The position numbers and the translations under genes are program-made. The notes beneath the pieces are model-generated. The model saw nothing but the letters and a program-made list of their open reading frames with translations, was not told where the DNA came from and ran no database searches. Positions 35,211 to 43,836 of a stretch of 64,000 nucleotides of DNA are shown here, piece after piece (position 1 is the stretch's first letter; the number at the start of each line of letters is the position of its first letter). Source of the stretch: Gemmatimonadaceae bacterium (GTDB lineage: Bacteria; Gemmatimonadota; Gemmatimonadetes; Gemmatimonadales; Gemmatimonadaceae). The DNA is taken from the NCBI GenBank assembly GCA_052389995.1, contig JBQTHJ010000040.1, forward strand, positions 9,491 through 73,490. The letters run 5' to 3'.

Positions 35211-36374
35211 CTAGTCCGTGAGCGGGTCGCCGAGATCCACGCGCAACGACCGCGCATTGTCGGCGCGATAGACCGGCCGCACCTTCCGCCCCGCTTGCTG
35301 CTCGCTGCGCAGTACCGCATCGACCTTGGGCAGCTTGTTCGTCATGTACACGCTGTAGGGTTTGTCGTCGTCGGCGCGTGCCTCGCACAGCATCGTGAGC
35401 GTCGGGACGTCGGGATTCCCATGCTCGCCGTTCGCGGAGATGACGTAGTGATCGGCGGTGATGATGCGGAAGAATTCCGTCGACACGTTTCGGTCGCTGC
35501 CGTGGTGGGGCACCTTGAGGATGTCGACGTGCAGCCGCTCGCCCTTGAGCACCTTCGTTCGCCGGACTGCTTTCAGGATGTCGTCGCCGCGGGCGTCACC
35601 CGTCAGTAGCATCGTTCGACCGTCAGCCTCGGCCACCACGACGATGCTCGACAGGTTGTAGACGGAATCATCGAGAAACGCCGCCGCGAGCTGCTGCAAC
35701 TCCGCTCCCTTCGGCTTCTTTTTCTTCTTGAGCGTCGCCTTCCAGTCCGCCTCGAGCTTGTCCAGCCGCTCCTCGTTCGGACCGAGGATGGTGAAGGTCA
35801 GTCCGTCGCCGAGCTTGACGGTCTTCTTTCCTTTGGCCGGTGAGGAGACCAGGCCCTTGAATGGGCGATTGACATCGAGGTCGAGTCTCGCACTGTTGTC
35901 GCGAAGCCTCCGGCCCTGCGGGACGCTCGCCGCCAGCGCCGCGGTAGGCTCATCGAGGCCTAACGCGGATACGCCTCCGTCGGCACTCGCCGCCGCCGTT
36001 GCCACCGCGTCGAACGCGGCGCCCTGGGCCTTCGCCTTCCTCATGATGTCGTCGAAGCTGTTGTGCCAGAGCGTATCGATGTCGAAGGGCATCTCCTCGC
36101 CATCTTCCTCGAGCTCGAGCAGGTAGTCGGTGAGGCCGAGGATGCCGTTGATGTGGTCGTCATCGATGTGGCTGACCATCACCATGCGGATCGCGAGCGG
36201 ATCCTCCGGGGAGCGTTTCGCTTTCAGCTGCTCGAGCCGCGGTCGGAGGCTGTTCGCCCAGACCTTCGCCGGGCCGCCATCGATGACGATGAGACGCGGA
36301 TCGTCCGGCTTGCCGTAGTGGAGGAGCAGAGAGTCGCCGTGTCGCGCTTCCAATGCTTCGAGTGTGAAGAGCAT
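35211..36374 (-). CDS. ComEC/Rec2-type metallo-beta-lactamase-fold hydrolase (putative nuclease)
   Basis: Start at the internal ATG 36374 (MLFTLEALEARHGDSLLLHYG). IVIDGG. Metal motif VSHIDDDHINGI (HxDxDH variant). LKVPHHGSDRN and VISANGEHGNPD as in the ComEC MBL domain. Lys-run LKKKKKPKG. Confidence 0.85.
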   Translation of the reverse strand: MLFTLEALEARHGDSLLLHYGKPDDPRLIVIDGGPAKVWANSLRPRLEQLKAKRSPEDPLAIRMVMVSHIDDDHINGILGLTDYLLELEEDGEEMPFDIDTLWHNSFDDIMRKAKAQGAAFDAVATAAASADGGVSALGLDEPTAALAASVPQGRRLRDNSARLDLDVNRPFKGLVSSPAKGKKTVKLGDGLTFTILGPNEERLDKLEADWKATLKKKKKPKGAELQQLAAAFLDDSVYNLSSIVVVAEADGRTMLLTGDARGDDILKAVRRTKVLKGERLHVDILKVPHHGSDRNVSTEFFRIITADHYVISANGEHGNPDVPTLTMLCEARADDDKPYSVYMTNKLPKVDAVLRSEQQAGRKVRPVYRADNARSLRVDLGDPLTD

Positions 36375-36427
36375 GACGTCATACTCGCAAAGAAGGCGGA
36401 GCGTCGGGTTGGCTCGTCGTCGAGCCG

Positions 36428-38482
36428 TTACACCGATTGTAGCGCGCGCAGGATGTCGACCATGCCGTAGCCTTGAAAGTCGCGCTCGCGGCCGAGGTCC
36501 GTCGCGGACGTGCAGAGGATTTCCTTGATGCGTCGCGGATTGCCGAGGAGCTCGCGGTGGCGCGCGAGCAGGAGCGCGACGGCGCCGCTCACGTGTGGCG
36601 CGGCCATGCTGGTACCGTCCTTCGTCTTCGATCCATTTCCAGGGATCGGCCCCAGGATCTTCTCGCCGGGTGCAACGAGGTCTGGCTTTCGGCGGCCGTC
36701 GCCCGTGGGGCCCCGGCTCGAGAAGTAGCTCACGCCGTACGTGTGGGGCTGATACCGGTGCGTCGCACCAACCGTGATGACGTTCTCGGCGTTCCCCGGA
36801 TCCTGGATGCTGATGGCCGCGTAGCCTTCCGCCGCGCCGCCGGCGGGAGTGGCGTAGTAGATGTACCCCTTGTTGCCTGCGGCAGCGACGACGACGACCC
36901 CCGTGCCGATGACGCGCTCCGATTCGTCGCACACCGGCGTTCGGCCGCACGCGTAGTTCGCTTTGTCGTGCGGGATCGCGAGGCTCATGTTGACGCCATG
37001 AATCAACGGCTGCTCGCGGTGCGCGTTGAGGTGTCGGATGAACTGGAGCGCCGCCATGATCGTGAACTCGTTCCCGCGGCCTTCGTCGTCGAGCACGCGA
37101 AGGTCGTAGAGATTGATGTCGGGACAGACGCCGACGAGGTCGTGCTCGCCGGGATGATGCCGGTCTCCCGGCTCCCAGTCGAACATGCGCCAGTCGGCGG
37201 CGAGGATGCCCGCGACATGCGTCCCGTGCTCGTGCCGTGGCGATTCGTACTCGGCCACCGCATGGGGGATCTCGATGAATGGCTTGATGGCGTCCCAGTC
37301 GATCGAGCGACCCGTCCGAAGGCTCCTGCGGAGTTGCCTGCCCTGGCGGCGCACGTTCGGGTCGGCCGATCTGAATTTCGCCCAGAAGGCGAGATCGCGC
37401 TGCCACCGCGCTGCACGCGGGTCGCTAGGCTTCGCCGTGAGGTCGGCCTTGAGCTTCCTGATGACGAGGCGAAGCTCGTCGTTGTCGGTGTTCAGGAGCT
37501 GACGGATTCGCGTGAAGTCGTAGGTCGCCCGGACCCGCGTGTGCGCGGGCCACTCGGCGTCCGCCTCTTGCGCCGTCAGCTTACGCCCGGCCGCACCGTC
37601 GGTCTTGAGGCGCGGCTTTTCTCGGTCGTCGCGCTTCCAGAATGCGGGGTGGCGCGCGTCGATCCCGCTGTCGAGGATCGCCCAGGAAATGTTGGAACAA
37701 TCGAGCTTGAACACGCGCTGGGCCGCGTCGGATTTGACAGCGAGCGTCGACCGCCAGACCGCGGTGGTTGCCGCCCGGTCGTGACTCACCAGCCACACGC
37801 GGGCCTTCTCGTCCCGGAGCGGCTCGTGCATCAGCGTCGCGAACGCCGCGACGAGCGCCTCCTCGTCGTCATTGAGCTTGTCGAAGGCTTGTTTCGCGAG
37901 CGGTTCCGTGGCCGGCTCCTTCACCTCGCCGGCGAGCAGGATCGTCCCGACGAGGTGAATCATCCAGAGGAGATCCGCTGACACCGGCGGCGTCTCGGGA
38001 CGTACGACCTGCCCCTTCTGCGCGGCTTCGATCGACGTCGCCAACTCTCGCTGCACTTCCGGGCGCGTGAAGGCGCGGGGCAGGTCGGCCGCTGGCTCGT
38101 ACCGAACGTGGTCGTGCCACCACTTGCTCATCGGCAGCACCACGCGAACGAGCTCGTCGAAGTGAAGGCGCGCGGCGACCGCCGCCTGATTGTAGGCGAT
38201 GTCGGCGGCGACGCTCCCATTCGGATGCCGCTGCTTCCACGGGATCGTCTTCCGCTCGGCGTTGAGTCTGAGCCGAAGCGCCATGCCCAGCTCAGCCGGC
38301 GTGTAACCGCGATGCGGCGTGAGGAGTAGATCGCGCGGCTCATCCGGACCGCGGTCGGGATCCGTGTACTGGAGCCCGAACTCGATCCACACGTCCGGAA
38401 GTACGGGCGAGTCCTGGGTGAACCGGCGAGCTGCGTCCTTTCCGAAGATCAGCTCCTCGAGCCACGGTCGCCGGAGTCTCAT
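36428..38482 (-). CDS. Cytoplasmic S8 (subtilisin-family) serine peptidase with novel N-terminal region
   Basis: Catalytic D in WAILDSGID, H in HEHGTHVAGI, S in DGTSMAAPHVSGAVALL. No signal peptide. About 250 aa N-terminal region without a recognisable domain. By my count about 150 residues separate D and H. The start overlaps the patatin stop (ATGA). Confidence 0.9.
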   Translation of the reverse strand: MRLRRPWLEELIFGKDAARRFTQDSPVLPDVWIEFGLQYTDPDRGPDEPRDLLLTPHRGYTPAELGMALRLRLNAERKTIPWKQRHPNGSVAADIAYNQAAVAARLHFDELVRVVLPMSKWWHDHVRYEPAADLPRAFTRPEVQRELATSIEAAQKGQVVRPETPPVSADLLWMIHLVGTILLAGEVKEPATEPLAKQAFDKLNDDEEALVAAFATLMHEPLRDEKARVWLVSHDRAATTAVWRSTLAVKSDAAQRVFKLDCSNISWAILDSGIDARHPAFWKRDDREKPRLKTDGAAGRKLTAQEADAEWPAHTRVRATYDFTRIRQLLNTDNDELRLVIRKLKADLTAKPSDPRAARWQRDLAFWAKFRSADPNVRRQGRQLRRSLRTGRSIDWDAIKPFIEIPHAVAEYESPRHEHGTHVAGILAADWRMFDWEPGDRHHPGEHDLVGVCPDINLYDLRVLDDEGRGNEFTIMAALQFIRHLNAHREQPLIHGVNMSLAIPHDKANYACGRTPVCDESERVIGTGVVVVAAAGNKGYIYYATPAGGAAEGYAAISIQDPGNAENVITVGATHRYQPHTYGVSYFSSRGPTGDGRRKPDLVAPGEKILGPIPGNGSKTKDGTSMAAPHVSGAVALLLARHRELLGNPRRIKEILCTSATDLGRERDFQGYGMVDILRALQSV

Positions 38483-39735
38483 AGCCGGATCTTCCGTTTG
38501 TTGCTGTCCTTGAGCGCGTCCCTGACCTTTTTCTCATCCAACCAGTCAGGGTGGGGAGGCCGCAGCTCGGGCGCCGGTACTGGCATCAGGGGACTCACGT
38601 GTCGCCGGACGGCGACGTCGGCGAGGAAGTACCCGTGGTTCTCGAGGACGGCGCGCTCTCCGTCGGAGAAGGTGTCGAGATCGGTGCGAATGTTGGCGAT
38701 CAGGTCTCGCGCGACTTCCTTGGAGTATCCCTGCGAGTCGTTCGGGATGTAGCGCGATCGTGCGCTGCTCACGGCCCAGTACGTTCCATCCATCACGGGC
38801 CGCGACGTCGCCGGATCCGTGGTCGAGAAGCTCGCAATGAGCCATCGCCGCCGCAGGGCGCGCGCCTGATTCTGCACGATGTCGGCGTACCGGAAGATCC
38901 GCGACTTGAGTCCGCGATCGGGAGTAAACTCGAAGGGGCCGCCGCCGTCCGAGACGAGAACGATCTCGTGACGCTTCCACACCGGCTCGAGGCCCATGTT
39001 GTCGTAGTTCCCGCCGTCGGTGAGGCGGAGGCCGGCGACACACTTCTTGCGCAGATCGCGATCGGTGCACTTGCCGTTCTTGAAGTCGCGCTCGTGGAAC
39101 TTCGTGCGCAGCGGGTTGAAGAGCGGCGGAAAGCACGCAGACGCCGCGGCGGCGCGGCCGGCGGGGTAATCGTCAGGCGGCGGTGCCTGGTAGCCCACCT
39201 GGTAGTCGCCCATCCGCTGACGCTCGAAGACCCAGTTGACGCCGAAGGCCATGTCGGTCGCGCAGAAGACGAAGTTGGGCGCGGCCGGCAGCTCGGGGAG
39301 CGTGAGCTTCGACGTGCTCTTCTCGAGCAGGGTCGCCATGTGGTCGACGATCTCGCGACCACGGAGGATGTTCAGCGGGTTGATGCGGCGGCGGAGAAGC
39401 TTTCCGCGAAAGTTGCTCGCCGTTAGGTCGTCGGTGGGCTTGGCGACCTGTGCATCGAAGTCGGGGAATGGCCGAGTGAGCGAGCCGCCAAGCTTTCGAA
39501 TCGCATCGGCGAGTACGAGCGCCATGAGGCTTCCGCCGGAGACGGAGCTGATCGTCCGCACGCGATGCAGGACGCCGAGCTCGTTGAGCCGCCGGAGGGC
39601 ACCGAGGTGGAAGAGTGTGGCGCGGAACCCGCCGCCGGAGAGACAGAGGCCGATGCCCTGTCGACGACGTTCGGGAAGGTACGAGTCGGACTCGGCGGCC
39701 TCCGCAGCAGCGGCCGGCGTCAGTGCGGTCGACAT
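38479..39735 (-). CDS. Patatin-like phospholipase
   Basis: Oxyanion hole LSGGGFRA, nucleophile elbow SVSGGS, catalytic Asp in LTDGGNYDN. 418 aa, no signal peptide. Confidence 0.9.
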   Translation of the reverse strand: MSTALTPAAAAEAAESDSYLPERRRQGIGLCLSGGGFRATLFHLGALRRLNELGVLHRVRTISSVSGGSLMALVLADAIRKLGGSLTRPFPDFDAQVAKPTDDLTASNFRGKLLRRRINPLNILRGREIVDHMATLLEKSTSKLTLPELPAAPNFVFCATDMAFGVNWVFERQRMGDYQVGYQAPPPDDYPAGRAAAASACFPPLFNPLRTKFHERDFKNGKCTDRDLRKKCVAGLRLTDGGNYDNMGLEPVWKRHEIVLVSDGGGPFEFTPDRGLKSRIFRYADIVQNQARALRRRWLIASFSTTDPATSRPVMDGTYWAVSSARSRYIPNDSQGYSKEVARDLIANIRTDLDTFSDGERAVLENHGYFLADVAVRRHVSPLMPVPAPELRPPHPDWLDEKKVRDALKDSNKRKIRL

Positions 39736-39807
39736 TGCGCGCTTCGATTATCTGAGGAGCGCGACGGGGGCGGCAGCGTCGCCGCGAGACTCGGCCCGTT
39801 AGCGACC

Positions 39808-39836
39808 TACATATGGTGAGGCCGCAGGGCGGTCAA
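39808..39836 (-). promoter_or_regulatory. Possible promoter of the six-gene operon
   Basis: On the minus strand: TTGACC (39836..39831), 17-nt spacer, TATGTA (39813..39808), about 73 nt upstream of the patatin ATG. The -10 is weak. Confidence 0.25.
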
Positions 39837-39874
39837 GAGTGGCAGCGACGCAACATTGCGGAGACGAGTTGTCT

Positions 39875-40783
39875 CTAAAGCCCTGCGCCGTCCTTGATGA
39901 ACGTCCCACTCTGGAGGTCTCGCATCGCCTGACGCAGCTCCTCCGGCGTATTCATCACGATCGGCCCGTGCCAGGCCACCGGCTCTTCGATCGGCTTCCC
40001 GGACACGAGCAGGAAGCGAATCCCCTGCTCACCGGCCTGCACCGTCACCTCGTCGCCGCTGTCGAACACGACGAGGGAGCGGTTGCCGGTCTGTTCGCGC
40101 ACAATCGTGTCGTCGTCCTTCTCCGTCAGCACGCCAAACGGCTTTGACGCGTTGCGGAACGTGCCGCTTCCCTCGAAGACGTAGGCGAAGGCGTGATGCC
40201 GCCAGTCGACCGGCAGTGTCTTTTTCGCGAGCGGCGGAACCCAGACATCGAGGTAGCGTGGATCGGAAGCCACGCCGTCGACCGGTCCCCGCTTTCCCCA
40301 GAACTCGCCGACGACGACTCGCACGATCGTGCCGTCGTCATCGGTCACCTCGGCCACGTCCTTCGCCGCGATGTCCTGATAGCGCGGCTTCGTCATCTTG
40401 AGCGACGCGGGGAGATTCGACCAGAGCTGAAAGCCGTGCATGCGTCCGCGCTCATCGCCCGTCGGCATCTCCTGGTGCATGATGCCGCTCCCCGCCGTCA
40501 TCCACTGCACGTCGCCCGCGCCAAGCGTGCCTCGGTTGCCCAGACTGTCGCCGTGCGAGACCGAGCCGGCGAGCACGTAGGTGATCGTCTCGATGCCGCG
40601 GTGCGGGTGCCACGGAAACCCGCGGAGGTATTCCTCGGGACGTTCGTTGCGGAAGTCGTCGAACAGGAGGAACGGATCGAACTCTTCGGTCGCGCCGAAG
40701 CCGAATGCACGGCGGAGGTGGACGCCGGCGCCCTCCATGGTGGGCCGAGATTCGACGATGCGCTTTACGGGACGAATGGACAT
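39875..40783 (-). CDS. Pirin-family protein
   Basis: Start at ATG 40783 (MSIRPVKRIV). FPWHPHRGIETITYVLAGSVSHGDSLGN is the bicupin metal-binding motif. Confidence 0.9.
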   Translation of the reverse strand: MSIRPVKRIVESRPTMEGAGVHLRRAFGFGATEEFDPFLLFDDFRNERPEEYLRGFPWHPHRGIETITYVLAGSVSHGDSLGNRGTLGAGDVQWMTAGSGIMHQEMPTGDERGRMHGFQLWSNLPASLKMTKPRYQDIAAKDVAEVTDDDGTIVRVVVGEFWGKRGPVDGVASDPRYLDVWVPPLAKKTLPVDWRHHAFAYVFEGSGTFRNASKPFGVLTEKDDDTIVREQTGNRSLVVFDSGDEVTVQAGEQGIRFLLVSGKPIEEPVAWHGPIVMNTPEELRQAMRDLQSGTFIKDGAGL

Positions 40784-40910
40784 GGGTCTTCGCTGGCGAT
40801 TGGTTACTGGTGATCCATCACCATACCAACAACAATGAGGAACCAAACGTTCCGGGGGAACCAGACGATGGTCTCACACACCGCCACGTGAGCGCCGTGG
40901 CCCGCGATGG

Positions 40911-41735
40911 CTAACGCTCCTTCCTGTACATCCGCATCGCGAGCGGTGCGAAGATCGCGTTCAACACCGCACTGGCGAGGAGGACCCACGCGATGCTCTC
41001 GAGCTGAATGCCTCCGTGCATGAGTCCGCGCGACGCGCTCACCAGGTGAGTGACCGGATTGAAGCGCACAGCGGTCTGGAGCCACCCCGGCATGGTTGCC
41101 GGATCGACGAAGATGTTGCTCACCATCGTGAGCGGGAACAACAGCAGGAAACTGGACGTCATTACCGACTCCGGTGACTTCACGAGCATCGACACCACGA
41201 TCCAGATCCACGACAGGCTGAGCGCGAACACGATGATCAGCGCGACGGCCGCCAGCACGCCGAGCCAGCCGGCCTGTGGACGGAAGCCGAGGATGGTGCC
41301 GAGCGTGATGACCATGACCGCGGCGATCGAGTAGCGCATCACGTCGCCGAGCAGGGCGCCCGCGATTGGCGCCGGCTGCCAGATCGGGAGCGAGCGGAAC
41401 CGATCGTAGAGTCCCTTCGAGATGTCTCCGTTCAGCCCGACGCCGGTGTAGACGGTGATGAAGACGATCGCCTGCACGACGATCCCGGGAAGCAGGAACT
41501 GAATGTAGGCCTTCGTCGATCCCGCCAGCGCGCCGCCGAAGAGGAACGTGAACGTCAACGTCATCATTAACGGAAAGGCGGTGACGTCGAAGAGCTGGAA
41601 GGGGACGTGCTTGATCTTGAGAGCGGCCCGCCATCCCAGCGTCAGCGTCGCAGCAAGGGCACTCGGCGTTCGCGGTCGTGTGGTGCGCGAAAGCGCGCCG
41701 TGCAGGGAACCGTTCGGCGTTATCGAGACGCTCAT
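40911..41735 (-). CDS. ABC-2 type transporter permease (DrrB-like)
   Basis: The ATG at 41735 overlaps the ATPase stop (ATGA). Six TM helices in an ABC-2 pattern. Confidence 0.85.
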   Translation of the reverse strand: MSVSITPNGSLHGALSRTTRPRTPSALAATLTLGWRAALKIKHVPFQLFDVTAFPLMMTLTFTFLFGGALAGSTKAYIQFLLPGIVVQAIVFITVYTGVGLNGDISKGLYDRFRSLPIWQPAPIAGALLGDVMRYSIAAVMVITLGTILGFRPQAGWLGVLAAVALIIVFALSLSWIWIVVSMLVKSPESVMTSSFLLLFPLTMVSNIFVDPATMPGWLQTAVRFNPVTHLVSASRGLMHGGIQLESIAWVLLASAVLNAIFAPLAMRMYRKER

Positions 41736-42694
41736 GGCGTCGCCTCCTTGTCGCGCTCCTCGGCCCCATGGCCGGTGAGTGCGAAGAACACTTCGTCGAG
41801 CGTCGGCTGACCGAGCGAGAACTCGTGCACGCGGACGCCATTCTGCGCGAGCGCGGACATCGCGTGCGGGACGCGGGTGGCGTCGGCGATCTGCGCCGTG
41901 AGGACCTGCGCGTCGACGCCATTGGTGATCGGGGAGCCGAGCGCGGCCGCGAGCAGCCGTTCGGCCACTTCGCGTTGATCGATCGACTCGAGCCGAATGT
42001 GAAGGGTGTTGCCGCCAACCTTTGCTTTCAGCTCGCGGCTCGTTCCCTCGGCGATGAGCTTTCCGTGATCGATGACGGCCAGGCGGTGCGAGAGACGATC
42101 GGCTTCCTCGAGATACTGTGTCGTCAGCAGCACGGTCGTCCCTTCCGACGCGATGGCGCGTACGATGTCCCACACCTGATTCCGGCTTCGCGGATCGAGC
42201 CCTGTCGTCGGCTCGTCGAGAAAGAGCAGCTCCGGGGTGACGATGAGGCTCGCCGCGATGTCGAGCTTGCGTCGCATGCCGCCCGAGTACGTCCGCACCA
42301 GACGTCCGCCGGCGTCAGCGAGTCCGAAAGCGTCGAGGAGATCGGCAGCGCGTGCGCGCGCCTCGCGCCACCCATATCCGAACAACCGGGCGACGAGCAC
42401 GAGGTTCTCGTGGCCGGTGAGGTCTTCGTCGATGGACGCGAACTGGCCCGTTAGGCTTACCTTGGCACGCACCGCCGCGCCTTCGCGAGCGACGTCGTGG
42501 CCGAGGACGCGCGCGCTCCCGCCGTCCGGCTGAAGCAGGGTCGCGAGCACCTTGATCGTGGTTGTCTTCCCGGCGCCGTTGGGACCGAGCAACCCGTAGA
42601 CCGCGCCGCGATCGACCTGGAGGTCGATCCCGTCGACGGCGGTCGTCTGGCCGAAGACTTTCTTCAGCGCTTCCGTTTCGATTGCTGCCGTCAT
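41732..42694 (-). CDS. ABC transporter ATP-binding protein (DrrA-like)
   Basis: Walker [13 protein letters not shown]. Signature YSGGMRRKL. Walker [13 protein letters not shown]. Confidence 0.92.
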   Translation of the reverse strand: MTAAIETEALKKVFGQTTAVDGIDLQVDRGAVYGLLGPNGAGKTTTIKVLATLLQPDGGSARVLGHDVAREGAAVRAKVSLTGQFASIDEDLTGHENLVLVARLFGYGWREARARAADLLDAFGLADAGGRLVRTYSGGMRRKLDIAASLIVTPELLFLDEPTTGLDPRSRNQVWDIVRAIASEGTTVLLTTQYLEEADRLSHRLAVIDHGKLIAEGTSRELKAKVGGNTLHIRLESIDQREVAERLLAAALGSPITNGVDAQVLTAQIADATRVPHAMSALAQNGVRVHEFSLGQPTLDEVFFALTGHGAEERDKEATP

Positions 42695-42728
42695 GAATGC
42701 TGCCTTAATCAGAAGGGGTGGCCTGGCG

Positions 42729-43307
42729 TTAGTTCACCTTACCGCGGCGCACGTAGTCGAGCCCGACGACGCCGGTCGGATATGGCGTCACGGACTCTAA
42801 GGCGAAGGTGCGATGCACGCCATTCGGCAACACTCTTTTTCCGATGCCCAACGTGACCGGGTATACGAGCAGGCGCAGCTCGTCGACGAGGTCGTGCTCG
42901 AGCAGGGCGTGGACGAGCTGGCTGCTGCCGTCGGTGAAGATGCTCTTCCCGGGCTGGCCTTTGAGCTCGCGCACCGACTCCACGACGTCGTCGCGGATGA
43001 TGGTCGTATCTCGCCAGACCGGCTTGTCGAGCGTTCTCGAGACCACGTACTTCCTGGCGTCACCGAAGGGGTCTTCCGTGGGGTTCGGCTCGAACGCCTC
43101 GCCGTGGATGACGTACGTGCGCCGGCCCAGGAGGAGGGCATCTACGTCCTTCAGGATGTTTCCGAAGCGCTCGCCGATGTCGTCGTGCCAGTAGGGGATC
43201 GTCCAGCCGCCGTACGGGAAACCTCCGTCGAGATCTTCGTCCTTCCCGCCCGGCGCCTGCATGACGCCGTCCATGGTCACGAACTCGGAAACTATCAGCT
43301 TTCTCAT
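42729..43307 (-). CDS. Dihydrofolate reductase-like (RibD C-terminal domain) protein
   Basis: [28 protein letters not shown] and [13 protein letters not shown] are typical of this family. Confidence 0.85.
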   Translation of the reverse strand: MRKLIVSEFVTMDGVMQAPGGKDEDLDGGFPYGGWTIPYWHDDIGERFGNILKDVDALLLGRRTYVIHGEAFEPNPTEDPFGDARKYVVSRTLDKPVWRDTTIIRDDVVESVRELKGQPGKSIFTDGSSQLVHALLEHDLVDELRLLVYPVTLGIGKRVLPNGVHRTFALESVTPYPTGVVGLDYVRRGKVN

Positions 43308-43836
43308 CGGTTCTTTCCTTTATAGGGTCGCTGGACGATTGTGACGGCCTTCGGTATGGACGTCGAAGGAGACAGGGCGAAATCGACATTCCAAGCCTCT
43401 CACCCGCTCGTCCCAGACACAACGTCTCGTGGCCGAACCTGGTTCGAGCGGATTCCGGAGCAACCTCGAGTTGAACCATACGCGAGCGCAATGAACGAGA
43501 CCGTTCGACGCACGCTGGGGCGACGTCCCGTGCTCATTGTGGGTCAGCTATCGCCGTCGTCACGCTTCCCGTCGTCGCTCTCCTTTTCGTCGCCGAGCCA
43601 CTGCCAGGTCAATACCGTCGCGCGTAGCTCCGTTTCACGTGTTCGCGGCGTCGCTTTCAGTGCCCGCGCTCGACAGCCGCCGGCAGTCACCGCTTCCAGT
43701 GCTGCATCCATCCGTGGATGCGCGCGTTGATCAAGGTGAAACCCGGCAGGAATCACGACGAGCATTGAGCTTCGCGCGGGTCTTGAGGGGAGCGCGCCTT
43801 GGCGTCGATAATACCCTGGATGCACACCCAGGGCTC

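Noticed and set aside
33782-35320. N-terminal extensions of the track ORFs 32397..34484, 33782..35320 and 35211..37406, which would make three very large overlapping proteins.
   Set aside because: The extended parts are Arg-rich junk that overlaps the upstream genes. The internal ATGs at 33782, 34900 and 36374 sit exactly at stop/start junctions (TGATG, ATGA) and are followed at once by a signal peptide or domain start.
36473-37981. Very long ORFs antisense to recognisable genes. This 502-aa plus-strand ORF lies opposite the S8 gene. Others include 3323..4411(-), 4353..5678(+), 7079..8212(-), 9019..10074(-), 11779..13134(-), 13639..15081(+), 16421..17560(-), 57465..59171(+) and 60414..61928(+).
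   Set aside because: These are typical high-GC shadow ORFs. Their composition is Arg/Ala/Pro/Gly/Asp-dominated, they carry no motifs, and each fully overlaps an opposite-strand gene that has clear catalytic signatures.
40809-40822. Perfect palindrome GGTGAT cc ATCACC, with a nearby GGAAC caaac GTTCC hairpin, just upstream of the pirin start. Possible operator.
   Set aside because: It is short enough to occur by chance, has no cognate regulator nearby and no second copy. It is noted but not supportable as a feature.
43441-43456. GGTTCGAGCGGATTCC resembles a tRNA T-arm.
   Set aside because: It has no matching acceptor stem, anticodon arm or CCA-proximal pairing around it, and the T-loop consensus GGTTCGAATCC is broken.
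43544-43762. A 73-aa minus-strand ORF (MLVVIPAGFHLDQRAHPRMDAALEAV...) in the long gap before the ligase gene.
   Set aside because: Many of its codons end in A/T, which is atypical for coding DNA in this genome. It has no RBS and no recognisable motif.
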